From the UHGV virus genome UHGV-0107341: 54,395 nt of DNA; one strand, given 5' to 3'. The notes beneath the pieces are model-generated. The model made no database searches. It was not told the origin of the DNA and saw only the letters and a list, made by a program, of their open reading frames with translations. The position numbers and the translations under genes are program-made. Positions 31,960 to 41,095 of this stretch are shown piece by piece. This stretch comes from a virus. Each line of letters starts with the position of its first letter. The stretch's first letter is position 1.

Positions 31960-32961
31960 ATGTCAAAGAAAAACAGACCAACAATTGGGCGAACCCTTAA
32001 TCCTTCAATATTAAGCGGATTTGATAGTTCTTCAGCCTCTGGCGATCGAGTCGAGCAGGTATTCAAGTTATCAACTGGTCGCCAGGCCACATTTATTGAA
32101 GAGGTAATACCTCCGAACCAGGTAGAAAGCGATACCTTTGTTGATCAGCATAACAACGGGCGTGACCAGGCATCTCTTACGCCAAAATCATTAAAAAGTA
32201 TCCGAAGCACTATTAAGCATCAGCAATTTTACCCTGCAATAGGTGTTAGACGGGCTACAGGGAAAATTGAAATTTTGGATGGTTCCCGGCGTCGAGCTTC
32301 TGCCATCTTAGAGAACGTAGGGTTGCGGGTTTTAGTCACGGACCAGGAGATCAGCGTTCAGGAAGCGCAAAATTTAGCGAAAGACGTTCAGACAGCATTG
32401 CAGCACAGCATTCGAGAAATAGGTCTGCGTTTGATGCGAATGAAAAATGATGGGATGAGTCAGAAGGATATTGCAGCCAAAGAAGGGCTGTCTCAGGCGA
32501 AGGTCACGCGTGCTCTCCAGGCAGCGAGTGCTCCGGAAGAATTAGTCGCCCTTTTCCCTGTTCAGTCGGAATTAACCTTTTCGGACTACAAAACGCTTTG
32601 TGCTGTTGGCGACGAAATGGGGAACAAGAATTTAGAGTTTGATCAGCTTATTCAAAACATATCCCCGGAAATAAACGACATCTTATCCATTGAAGAAATG
32701 GCCGAAGATGAAGTTAAAAATAAAATCCTGCGCTTGATAACAAAGGAAGCCTCACTACTCACGGATAAAGGTTCTAAAGATAAGTCCGTAGTTACTGAAT
32801 TATGGAAATTTGAGGACAAGGATCGCTTTGCAAGGAAGCGCGTGAAAGGCCGTGCATTTTCTTATGAGTTTAATCGACTTTCAAAAGAGCTACAGGAAGA
32901 ACTCGACAGGATGATTGGGCATATCCTTAGAAAGAGCCTCGATAAAAAGCCGAAGCCTTAA
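31960..32961 (+). CDS. parB: partition protein ParB (centromere-binding)
   Basis: 333 aa, immediately downstream of parA and upstream of a P1-type parS. Confidence 0.85.
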   Translation: MSKKNRPTIGRTLNPSILSGFDSSSASGDRVEQVFKLSTGRQATFIEEVIPPNQVESDTFVDQHNNGRDQASLTPKSLKSIRSTIKHQQFYPAIGVRRATGKIEILDGSRRRASAILENVGLRVLVTDQEISVQEAQNLAKDVQTALQHSIREIGLRLMRMKNDGMSQKDIAAKEGLSQAKVTRALQAASAPEELVALFPVQSELTFSDYKTLCAVGDEMGNKNLEFDQLIQNISPEINDILSIEEMAEDEVKNKILRLITKEASLLTDKGSKDKSVVTELWKFEDKDRFARKRVKGRAFSYEFNRLSKELQEELDRMIGHILRKSLDKKPKP

Positions 32962-32964
32962 ACT

Positions 32965-33050
32965 TTCGCCATTCAAATTTCACTATTAACATACTGTTTT
33001 TAAAGTAAATCACTCTAAAATTTCAAGGTGAAATCGCCACGATTTCACCT
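32965..33050. other. parS centromere (P1 type: box B TCGCCA, box A ATTTCAC, AT-rich IHF-like core)
   Basis: TTCGCCATTCAAATTTCACTATTAAC...TGAAATCGCCACGATTTCAC directly after the parB stop; heptamer/hexamer boxes visible. Confidence 0.7.
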
Positions 33051-33186
33051 TGGATTTTACCTTCCTCCCCTACTCCCGAAAAAAATAAAAAAATTACTTG
33101 TCACGAGAAAGTCAACAAGTGACTTTCAATAAAATCTCTTCCGAAAAGGGATTCACACAAGTGCCTTGTGTTTAAGGAAGAGTAAA

Positions 33187-34893
33187 TTGAGTAACTTACG
33201 CGAATACCAGAATCGTATTGCAGATATCGCAAAACGCTCTAAAGCTGTGCTTGGCTGGGCAAGCACTGCGCAGTTCGGTACTGATAACCAATTCATTAAA
33301 GATGATGCCGCGCGTGCCGCATCTATCCTTGAAGCTGCACGTAAAGACCCGGTTTTTGCGGGTATCTCTGATAATGCCACCGCTCAAATCGCTACAGCGT
33401 GGGCAAGTGCACTGGCTGACTACGCCGCAGCACATAAATCTATGCCGCGTCCGGAAATTCTGGCCTCCTGCCACCAGACGCTGGAAAACTGCCTGATTGA
33501 GTCCACCCGCAATAGCATGGATGCCACTAATAAAGCGATGCTGGAATCCGTCGCAGCAGAGATGATGAGCGTTTCTGACGGTGTTATGCGTCTGCCTTTA
33601 TTCCTCGCGATGATCCTGCCTGTTCAGTTGGGGGCCGCTACCGCTGATGCGTGTACCTTCATTCCGGTTACGCGTGACCAGTCCGACATCTATGAAGTCT
33701 TTAACGTGGCAGGTTCCTCTTTTGGTTCTTATGCTGCTGGTGATGTTCTGGACATGCAATCCGTCGGGGTGTACAGCCAGTTACGCCGCCGCTATGTGCT
33801 GGTGGCAAGCTCCGATGGCACCAGCAAAACCGCAACCTTCAAGATGGAAGACTTCGAAGGCCAGAATGTACCAATCCGAAAAGGTCGCACTAACATCTAC
33901 GTTAACCGTATTAAGTCTGTTGTTGATAACGGTTCCGGCAGCCTACTTCACTCGTTTACTAATGCAGCTGGTGAGCAAATCACTGTTACCTGCTCTCTGA
34001 ACTACAACATTGGTCAGATTGCCCTGTCGTTCTCCAAAGCGCCGGATAAAGGCACTGAGATTGCAATTGAGACGGAAATCAATATTGAAGCCGCTCCTGA
34101 GCTGATCCCGCTGATCAACCACGAAATGAAGAAATACACCCTGTTCCCAAGCCAGTTCGTTATCGCGGCTGAGCACACGGTACAGGCGGCGTATGAAGCA
34201 CAGCGTGAATTTGGTCTGGACCTGGGTTCCCTACAGTTCCGCACCCTGAAGGAATACCTGTCTCATGAACAGGATATGCTGCGTCTTCGCATCATGATCT
34301 GGCGTACTCTTGCGACCGACACCTTTGACATCGCTCTGCCGGTTAACCAGTCCTTTGATGTATGGGCAACCATCATTCGTGGCAAATTCCAGACTGTATA
34401 TCGCGACATTATTGAGCGCGTTAAATCTTCTGGTGCGATGGGGATGTTTGCTGGTGCTGATGCAGCATCTTTCTTCAAACAGTTGCCGAAGGATTTCTTC
34501 CAGCCAGCCGAAGACTATATCCAGACTCCGTATGTTCACTACATCGGTACCCTGTTCGGTAACGTGAAAGTGTACGAAGTACCTGCTGGTATTTGTAAGA
34601 ACTTAACGACAGAGAACATTCAGTTCAGCTCGATGGATGTGCTGTGCTACGTCCGTGATGAAAATCCGGGTAAAGCAGGCTTCGTGACTGGTGATGCTGT
34701 CCCGGCTATCCCGTTCCAGCATCCGACCACTCCGGCGCTGGTCAACCGTACCACACTGTGGGGTTCGGCTATCAACGATATGCACCCACGCAACGGCGCT
34801 GATTACTTCACTCGTGTAACGCTGACAATGGCCAAAAAAGGCGGGCTTAACTTCATTAGCGGCGACACGATTGATGCCGGTGACTCTGAGTAA
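33187..34893 (+). CDS. large virion structural protein (possibly major head protein, P1 gp23 position)
   Basis: Start at TTG after AAGGAAG RBS; located where P1 carries gene 23; sequence alone not diagnostic. Confidence 0.35.
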   Translation: MSNLREYQNRIADIAKRSKAVLGWASTAQFGTDNQFIKDDAARAASILEAARKDPVFAGISDNATAQIATAWASALADYAAAHKSMPRPEILASCHQTLENCLIESTRNSMDATNKAMLESVAAEMMSVSDGVMRLPLFLAMILPVQLGAATADACTFIPVTRDQSDIYEVFNVAGSSFGSYAAGDVLDMQSVGVYSQLRRRYVLVASSDGTSKTATFKMEDFEGQNVPIRKGRTNIYVNRIKSVVDNGSGSLLHSFTNAAGEQITVTCSLNYNIGQIALSFSKAPDKGTEIAIETEINIEAAPELIPLINHEMKKYTLFPSQFVIAAEHTVQAAYEAQREFGLDLGSLQFRTLKEYLSHEQDMLRLRIMIWRTLATDTFDIALPVNQSFDVWATIIRGKFQTVYRDIIERVKSSGAMGMFAGADAASFFKQLPKDFFQPAEDYIQTPYVHYIGTLFGNVKVYEVPAGICKNLTTENIQFSSMDVLCYVRDENPGKAGFVTGDAVPAIPFQHPTTPALVNRTTLWGSAINDMHPRNGADYFTRVTLTMAKKGGLNFISGDTIDAGDSE

Positions 34894-34953
34894 TCAGGGG
34901 AAGTTCTCCGTTTAACATAGCGCCCCCGTGCGGGGCGCATAACAGGGAAAGTT

Positions 34954-36543
34954 ATGTCTCAATATTCAATTCAACAGTCATTAGGTAATGCATCCGGCGT
35001 CGCGGTTAGCCCGATCAATGCCGATGCGACGTTATCTACCGGTGTTGCATTAAATAGCAGCTTGTGGGCTGGTATTGGCGTATTTGCGCGTGGCAAGCCG
35101 TTTACTGTTCTTGCGGTTACTGAGTCCAATTACGAAGATGTTCTCGGCGAACCGCTGAAGCCGTCTTCCGGCTCACAGTTCGAACCAATTCGCCATGTAT
35201 ACGAAGCTATTCAGCAAACATCTGGTTATGTTGTTCGCGCTGTTCCGGATGATGCGAAGTTCCCGATTATTATGTTCGATGAATCAGGCGAACCGGCTTA
35301 CAGTGCGTTGCCATACGGTTCTGAAATTGAACTTGATAGTGGCGAAGCCTTTGCTATCTACGTTGATGATGGTGATCCGTGTATTTCACCTACCCGTGAG
35401 TTAACCATCGAAACGGCAACAGCGGACAGCGCGGGTAATGAACGCTTCCTCTTAAAACTGACCCAGACGACTTCGCTCGGCGTGGTAACGACCCTGGAGA
35501 CACACACTGTGTCTTTGGCGGAAGAAGCGAAAGATGACATGGGCCGCTTGTGTTATCTGCCTACGGCTCTGGAAGCCCGTTCTAAATATCTGCGCGCGGT
35601 TGTTAATGAAGAGCTGATTTCGACAGCGAAAGTAACAAACAAAAAATCGTTGGCGTTCACTGGCGGTACCAACGGCGATCAGTCGAAAATCTCAACCGCT
35701 GCGTACCTGCGTGCGGTGAAAGTGCTGAACAATGCGCCGTACATGTACACCGCTGTTCTCGGCCTGGGGTGCTATGACAATGCGGCGATCACTGCGTTAG
35801 GTAATATCTGTTCTGATCGCCTGATTGATGGCTTCTTTGATGTCAAACCGACATTGACGTACACGGAAGCGATCTCTGCTGTTGAAGATACCGGTTTACT
35901 TGGTACCGATTATGTAAGCTGTGCTGTCTATCATTTCCCGTTCTCCTGCAAAGACAAATGGACCCAATCCCGCGTGGTCTTCGGTCTGTCTGGCGCGGCG
36001 TATGCGGCGAAAGCTCGTGGCGTCAAGAAAAACTCCGATGTCGGCGGTTGGCATTACTCACCGGCTGGTGAAGAACGTGCCGTCATAGCTCGTGCATCAC
36101 TTCAGCCGCTGTATCCTGAAGACACCCCGGACGAAGAAGCTATGGTCAAGGGCCGACTCAATAAAGTATCTGTAGGTACTTCGGGCCAGATGATCATCGA
36201 TGATGCTTTAACTTGCTGCACGCAGGACAACTATCTGCATTTCCAGCACGTCCCATCCCTGATGAACGCAATCAGCCGTTTCTTTGTCCAGTTAGCCCGA
36301 CAGATGAAGCATAACCCGGACGGCATTACTGAGTCTGGCCTGACTAAAGGGATGACCAAACTTTTGGATCGCTTTGTCGCCTCCGGCGCTCTGGTGGCTC
36401 CTCGTGATCCTGATGCTGACGGTACAGAACCGTATGTGCTGAAAGTTACGCAGGCGGAATTCGATAAATGGGAAGTAGTCTGGGCCTGCTGCCCGACTGG
36501 CGTAGCCCGTCGTATCCAGGGCGTACCGCTGCTTATTAAGTAA
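34954..36543 (+). CDS. contractile tail sheath protein
   Basis: N-terminal GIGVFARGKPFTVLAVTESNYEDVLGEP...YVVRAV follows the conserved sheath N-terminal pattern (compare T4 gp18 FQWGPAF...VVRAV). Confidence 0.6.
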   Translation: MSQYSIQQSLGNASGVAVSPINADATLSTGVALNSSLWAGIGVFARGKPFTVLAVTESNYEDVLGEPLKPSSGSQFEPIRHVYEAIQQTSGYVVRAVPDDAKFPIIMFDESGEPAYSALPYGSEIELDSGEAFAIYVDDGDPCISPTRELTIETATADSAGNERFLLKLTQTTSLGVVTTLETHTVSLAEEAKDDMGRLCYLPTALEARSKYLRAVVNEELISTAKVTNKKSLAFTGGTNGDQSKISTAAYLRAVKVLNNAPYMYTAVLGLGCYDNAAITALGNICSDRLIDGFFDVKPTLTYTEAISAVEDTGLLGTDYVSCAVYHFPFSCKDKWTQSRVVFGLSGAAYAAKARGVKKNSDVGGWHYSPAGEERAVIARASLQPLYPEDTPDEEAMVKGRLNKVSVGTSGQMIIDDALTCCTQDNYLHFQHVPSLMNAISRFFVQLARQMKHNPDGITESGLTKGMTKLLDRFVASGALVAPRDPDADGTEPYVLKVTQAEFDKWEVVWACCPTGVARRIQGVPLLIK

Positions 36544-36552
36544 GGAAATACA

Positions 36553-37368
36553 ATGAGCAAAAACTTTTTTCAATCCGGGGCATTTTTGGGGAATGGACTG
36601 TCTCGTTTCGCTTTGAACTCTGATCCTGTGCAGTTGATGGAGTCTGCCCGAGCAAGCGCCGAACCGACAACAGATCCGGTTATTAATAATAATCCGGAAC
36701 CGGAGGCACAGACTAACGATAACGTTCCATCTGCCACGGCTCCTGAGCAAATCCTGGAAGGGAAAGACGGTAAAGAATGGACCGTCGAACAGGCGCACCA
36801 GATGATTCTGGAAGCTGCAAATCGAAGTGCTATGCAGAATGCGTTGAGTGATGCGGCCGACGCCGTTTTCGCCTGGGCTGATAGCGGTGATCTGACTTTC
36901 GACTCCCTTGATGGTTTCGTTCAGGCTATCGCTGGTATCTCTGATGACGACGACTCCGAAGTTACAGAAGAACAGGACGATGCCTATAACGAAGCATGGG
37001 CAAATGTTGCTGACTTCCTCGCGGCATGCGGTGTAGATGATGACCTGATCGAAGCACTGGCTGACGATGAAGACGACGACGCAGCTGCTGATGTTGGTGC
37101 CTCTATCGCTGGTTTAGATAGCGACGACCGTGACGAACTGGAAGCGGCGTTTGTTGTTGCTGGCACTTCTGATGAAATGCTGACTGAAGCATTTAAGAAG
37201 GTTGTTCGTAACGGTGAGATCAAACTCATCCGTAAACGCCTGCGTAAAAAACGTCTGACTGCGGCTCAAAAATCGGCGCTGAAAAAAGCGCGTCGAAAAG
37301 CCCAGACCGGCGCGGCAAAACTTGCCCGCAAAAAGTCAATGAAACTGCGCCGTAAGCGCCTTGGCTAA
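36553..37368 (+). CDS. hypothetical acidic protein with strongly basic C-terminal tail
   Basis: Asp/Glu-rich body, C-terminal KRLRKKRLTAAQKSALKKARRK...RRKRLG. Confidence 0.4.
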   Translation: MSKNFFQSGAFLGNGLSRFALNSDPVQLMESARASAEPTTDPVINNNPEPEAQTNDNVPSATAPEQILEGKDGKEWTVEQAHQMILEAANRSAMQNALSDAADAVFAWADSGDLTFDSLDGFVQAIAGISDDDDSEVTEEQDDAYNEAWANVADFLAACGVDDDLIEALADDEDDDAAADVGASIAGLDSDDRDELEAAFVVAGTSDEMLTEAFKKVVRNGEIKLIRKRLRKKRLTAAQKSALKKARRKAQTGAAKLARKKSMKLRRKRLG

Positions 37369-37403
37369 AGGAGGAGGCCGGAGAACTCCGGCCTTTAACT
37401 TGA

Positions 37404-37985
37404 ATGGCTCCTATAGCTTATGGGGTTTACAGCCAGGCTGACGGTGTATCGCCATATCTGAAAGTTACTTTAACGAACTCTCAGTACCAGGTTACCGGAT
37501 ATATCAGCCAGGGGGCAGCAATGAACATGGCCCAGAATTGGGAAGCGCCGTTTACCGGTATGTCCATGGGGTCTGTTTCTGGTGCTCTGGGTGGTTTTGT
37601 GCAAGTAGGTACTGAAACAACGTCGGTTGCCCGTTGGAATAGCTTAATGGTTTGGGAAGGGGGGACACCGCCGACGTTCACGCTGCCCGTAACTTTCATT
37701 GCTTTGAACAATCCATTCATTGAAGTTTCAGGCGCTATCGCCGCGTTGACAGCCATGATTAGCCCGGAACTAAAAGCGGCCAATGTTGGTGGTCGAATCC
37801 CGGAGCGTGTGACGCTAAACATTGGTCGCCGGATCAACATCACCGATGTCGCTATCCAGGACTTAAGTTTTGATCTCGATGCGCCAAGGGACAGTAATGG
37901 ATATTTCCTGAAAAACACCGTCAACCTCCAGTTGACCGGTTCTTCGATATATAACAGCTCCGATATTGTTCGGGCGTTCCAGTAA
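37404..37985 (+). CDS. tail tube-like protein, tentative
   Basis: 193 aa, adjacent to sheath and tube genes; beta-rich composition. Confidence 0.3.
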   Translation: MAPIAYGVYSQADGVSPYLKVTLTNSQYQVTGYISQGAAMNMAQNWEAPFTGMSMGSVSGALGGFVQVGTETTSVARWNSLMVWEGGTPPTFTLPVTFIALNNPFIEVSGAIAALTAMISPELKAANVGGRIPERVTLNIGRRINITDVAIQDLSFDLDAPRDSNGYFLKNTVNLQLTGSSIYNSSDIVRAFQ

Positions 37986-37996
37986 AAGGATTTTAT

Positions 37997-38506
37997 ATGG
38001 GGCACAATAACACTAAGGGAAACCGTAAATTTATTAAGGGCCGCTATACTGCCAACGCGGCCAAAGGCGAACGACTGGTATCTTCTGAATTCCAGCTCAC
38101 TTTTGCAGGCCATGAAGATATCAGCGTACTGGTTCGCACGTCGCAAATTCCTGAAATGACCCGCGAGGATGTGGAGGACTATGGTCCGAATGGTGTGAAG
38201 TTCAACCAGCACGGTCCAATTCGAAACTCTGGGGAAATCCAGGTCCAGTGCGTGGAGACTATCGAAGGCGATATTCTTCAGTTCATCAAGGATCGCATTG
38301 CGGCGAAGGACTATGTTGATATCACGATGGCTGCGACCCCTGAATCCAAATCTTCCGGGGTTAACGCTGTGACAAAAGCTGCTACAACAATTGAAATGTT
38401 GGACTGCAAAATCTACAGTGATGCAATCGACTTTAGTACCGAAGATGTGACTGCCGCTGTGCGCCCGTCACTTCGTATCGTCTACAACTGGATTGAGTGG
38501 GATTAA
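37997..38506 (+). CDS. tail tube protein (T4 gp19-like)
   Basis: 169 aa; overall pattern and C-terminal ...LRIVYNWIEWD resemble the gp19 C-terminus ...LALDYWE. Confidence 0.45.
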   Translation: MGHNNTKGNRKFIKGRYTANAAKGERLVSSEFQLTFAGHEDISVLVRTSQIPEMTREDVEDYGPNGVKFNQHGPIRNSGEIQVQCVETIEGDILQFIKDRIAAKDYVDITMAATPESKSSGVNAVTKAATTIEMLDCKIYSDAIDFSTEDVTAAVRPSLRIVYNWIEWD

Positions 38507-38525
38507 GAGTCATCCCTTGTATTTT

Positions 38526-38550
38526 AAAGCTCCTTCGGGAGCTTTTTTAT
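38526..38550 (+). terminator. rho-independent terminator (aaagctccttcgggagcttttttatt)
   Basis: 8-bp GC stem, TTCG tetraloop, T6 run just after the tube gene. Confidence 0.8.
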
Positions 38551-38622
38551 TTGGAGAGGAAAGGGTGCATTGAGGATACCTGACACACGAAGAGTGGCGG
38601 GGATCTCTCCCCGCCAGGTCTC

Positions 38623-38778
38623 TTACCTTTCAGATTCGTAGGCTGTGAAGACAGTGACCTCCGTCTGGCCGGTTCGGATTCGTACCTCGCAGAGGTCTTT
38701 CCTCGTTACCAGTGCCGTCACAATGACGGTTAAACAGATGACGATCAGAGCGATTAACATCGCTTTTTGCTGCTTCAT
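38623..38778 (-). CDS. hok: Hok/Gef-family type I toxin (51 aa)
   Basis: Not in ORF track; encodes MKQQKAMLIALIVICLTVIVTALVTRKDLCEVRIRTGQTEVTVFTAYESER, matching the Hok family pattern (TM helix, RK.LCE.R...EV.AF.AYES); GGAG RBS. Confidence 0.7.
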   Translation of the reverse strand: MKQQKAMLIALIVICLTVIVTALVTRKDLCEVRIRTGQTEVTVFTAYESER

Positions 38779-38836
38779 AGCCTGCTTCTCCTTGACCTTT
38801 TGGTCGGTAAGAGGCTAATCTACGTATGCTAAGCAT
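38630..38836 (-). CDS. mok: mok-like overlapping reading frame
   Basis: 68-aa ORF overlapping hok in the +1 frame and starting upstream of it, as in hok/mok/sok loci. Confidence 0.4.
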   Translation of the reverse strand: MLSIRRLASYRPKGQGEAGYEAAKSDVNRSDRHLFNRHCDGTGNEERPLRGTNPNRPDGGHCLHSLRI

Positions 38837-38860
38837 AGATATGGCCTCAGATTAATGTTA
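38790..38860 (+). ncRNA. predicted Sok-like antisense RNA region (position approximate)
   Basis: Inference only: hok/mok loci carry a short antisense RNA complementary to the mok translation-initiation region. Confidence 0.2.
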
Positions 38861-38959
38861 AGCGTCTTGCAGGACGCGTGATGTTATCTGGGGCTTTCTT
38901 CTATCTGCTTTTCGGGTAATGCCTGAAGCAGATAGCCTCAAGCACCCGCAACGATTGTA

Positions 38960-39205
38960 TCAATGTCTGGCTTTTTTTCTATAGAAATCACCAGGAAGGG
39001 TGAATATCCACATCAGAAGAAATGTTGCAGCAAACATGATCCCTAATGGCCAGACCGCGCCAAAGAAAATCCATACTAAGATCTCCTCTGCTTGTTCTTT
39101 GCGGTCGATATCGACAAGCATTTTTCGGCTGATCATGTATACACAGAAGCCAATACAAACATATCCTGCAAAAGCGATCGCTAACTGTAAAAAATCAGAT
39201 TGCAT
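38960..39205 (-). CDS. small inner-membrane protein
   Basis: Track ORF 38960..39286 trimmed to internal ATG (MQSDFLQLAIAFAGYVCIGFCV...); two TM helices. Confidence 0.35.
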   Translation of the reverse strand: MQSDFLQLAIAFAGYVCIGFCVYMISRKMLVDIDRKEQAEEILVWIFFGAVWPLGIMFAATFLLMWIFTLPGDFYRKKARH

Positions 39206-39241
39206 CTCCGACCTCAAACTGAAAACGCCAGGTGACTCCAG

Positions 39242-39252
39242 ATTAGAGCAAT
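39242..39252 (-). promoter_or_regulatory. partial C1 operator-like half site (ATTGCTCTAAT)
   Basis: 11-nt match to the conserved left half of the operator consensus; right half diverges. Confidence 0.25.
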
Positions 39253-39255
39253 CTA

Positions 39256-40101
39256 TCACCCTCTGAATCCTGCCGGTATACCCCATTGTTCGTTATCTTT
39301 ATTTTTGGCTAAAACCGCATTAAGAGCTTCGTTTACCGTCATGCAATGCGGCAGATTATCGAAGTTTGATACACCGCCAATATCAGGAGAACGCTTGTTC
39401 TTCAGGTAAGCATATTTCCGCGCTGCCGCCTCTACTTTCTGCTTGAACTCATGTTTTTGAGCGCGTTTTTTGGATAACCGCAGATTGTCAGCCTTTGTTT
39501 TTGCCTCAGCGATCCATGAAGTCAATTTTTTGAGTCTGGTCGTTCCGGCACCGCCGGAAACTGATCTTTTTGTTTTTTTAACTTGTGACTTCTTATTCTT
39601 TATTGCCACGTCATCCTGACAGGGGGAGGGGGTATCATTTTGACATGGGGGTGTGGATAAAAAATTAAATAAAGCCAATGTCTTAGCGAGAACAGCTTTA
39701 ACCTTGGTTGCCGCTGAAGAGATCTTTAATTTGCTTTCAATCAGCGCATTTTTGGCTTGTTGTGCGAAGGCCAAAAAGGATGGTGTAAACCGGTACAGGT
39801 TAGCGCGACGTTCACGGTGATCGCCGATAACAATCTCTACAGACAGAATTCCTTTGTTTACAGCTTCACGGAATGCACGAACGACGGTTGATTGGCTATA
39901 ACCAGTTTCTGCCGCGATCAGGCGGTGAGGCTTGTGAATGAAGTATTCACTGGTTGTTGCCGCGAGATTTGCACATTGCGACAGGATATGCCCGGCGCTA
40001 CGGGATAGACCGGAGTGTGTTACAAAGCAGGCCAATTCATAGCCAGAAAAAGTAAAATCGCTCATCGTTATACAGCTCAGGAAAGTGACTTTAGCCAGCA
40101 T
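39256..40101 (-). CDS. repL: lytic replication protein RepL-like (HTH domain)
   Basis: 281 aa, directly downstream of kilA in the same operon as in P1 immI/repL; HTH-like GYSQSTVVRAFREAVNKGIL. Confidence 0.5.
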   Translation of the reverse strand: MLAKVTFLSCITMSDFTFSGYELACFVTHSGLSRSAGHILSQCANLAATTSEYFIHKPHRLIAAETGYSQSTVVRAFREAVNKGILSVEIVIGDHRERRANLYRFTPSFLAFAQQAKNALIESKLKISSAATKVKAVLAKTLALFNFLSTPPCQNDTPSPCQDDVAIKNKKSQVKKTKRSVSGGAGTTRLKKLTSWIAEAKTKADNLRLSKKRAQKHEFKQKVEAAARKYAYLKNKRSPDIGGVSNFDNLPHCMTVNEALNAVLAKNKDNEQWGIPAGFRG

Positions 40102-40130
40102 TACAATGCTGGTGGTTCTTACTACGTCTG

Positions 40131-40931
40131 TTAGCGCGTTGCCGCGACAGGTACCAGCACACCAGCATCAAGCAATCGCTTCATCAGCCACTGCTGACCT
40201 TTGCCGGTTATACGAGTCGTGAAAGAAATCCTGCTTCCATTGCTTGTATCGATCACGGTTTCTTTAAGGGTGAAATACCCACGGGATATGTATTCTTGTT
40301 TGGGGACGTTCCTGCGTTCACCGGTTGCGATCAGAATTCCGTTATCACGCAACCAGGTGAAGAGATAGTTTTGGCCCAGGCCGAGCACTTTGGCATAGTT
40401 GCCGATTAGAACCCCGCTGGCGGTAGCAACGCGTTCGGCGAATTCGACTTTAGGTGCATCCATCAGCATTTTTTGCTCCAGCCGTTGCTTTTGCTCTGCC
40501 AGGTCGGCAGCCAAACGGAGAGCTTCAGGGAGACTCTGCGGAATAGCAGGTTGTAATCTTCCGGCTCGATAGTCGATAAATGTCTGGTTTACCTTCAGCC
40601 GAAACGCGGGAGAAATCCAGCCTGCGTACTCCACAGCGAGCAATTCATGGGCAAAAGTGCCGCCGCCACGGCCTTCGAACGAAACTATGCAATTCTGCAT
40701 AGTTTCTTTTTCAAGCTCTTCGATGAGCTGTTTGGCTGACAGCGTTCTTAGCCATTGAGCTGGCGCTTTATGGGCACCGAGTCCGCTCGCTCTGTGTAGA
40801 GCATTAAGGTTGTAACGGCCAGCGCGGTCGGTCGTAATTTCAACACCACAAATAACAGGCAGAGTGGTTGAAGGATCGACATTTTGATGAAGGTTTGATA
40901 TATTCATATCCGCATTGAATGTTTGTTGCAT
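40131..40931 (-). CDS. kilA: KilA protein (KilA-N domain plus KilAC/ANT C-terminal domain)
   Basis: 266 aa; N-terminal KilA-N-like region; C-terminal region shared with the upstream antirepressor (PEALRLAADLAEQKQRLEQ...). Confidence 0.65.
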   Translation of the reverse strand: MQQTFNADMNISNLHQNVDPSTTLPVICGVEITTDRAGRYNLNALHRASGLGAHKAPAQWLRTLSAKQLIEELEKETMQNCIVSFEGRGGGTFAHELLAVEYAGWISPAFRLKVNQTFIDYRAGRLQPAIPQSLPEALRLAADLAEQKQRLEQKMLMDAPKVEFAERVATASGVLIGNYAKVLGLGQNYLFTWLRDNGILIATGERRNVPKQEYISRGYFTLKETVIDTSNGSRISFTTRITGKGQQWLMKRLLDAGVLVPVAATR

Positions 40932-41000
40932 TTTTTCTCCAAATTTGCATCAACCTTCAATCACCAGCTCGAAATGGTGATTCTTTGCACTTAGAAAACG

Positions 41001-41017
41001 AAATTTATTAGAGCAAA
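41001..41017 (-). promoter_or_regulatory. C1 operator-like site (TTTGCTCTAATAAATTT) upstream of kilA
   Basis: 16/17 match, 70 bp upstream of the kilA start; matches the P1 arrangement of a C1-controlled kilA-repL promoter. Confidence 0.5.
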
Positions 41018-41095
41018 TTTTTCTAACTCGATCCAGATCGGGTTGGTCGATCTGCTCAGAAACCTGCCAGTTTGCTGGCAGGTTTTTTTCTTTTG

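Noticed and set aside
33187-34893. Calling this 575-aa protein a second tail sheath
   Set aside because: It lacks the conserved sheath N-terminal pattern seen in the next gene (34954..36543); kept as an unassigned large structural protein, possibly the major head protein
38630-38836. Track ORF 38630..38836 as an independent 68-aa protein gene
   Set aside because: It overlaps the Hok-family toxin gene in another frame; interpreted as the mok-type regulatory reading frame rather than a standalone protein
41061-41092. Hairpin aacctgccag-tttg-ctggcaggtt with T-run just downstream of the ant stop, as terminator for the leftward operon
   Set aside because: The T-run follows the hairpin only on the plus strand, while the flanking genes are leftward; it may block rightward read-in, but kilA and repL continue downstream, so it is not the leftward operon terminator
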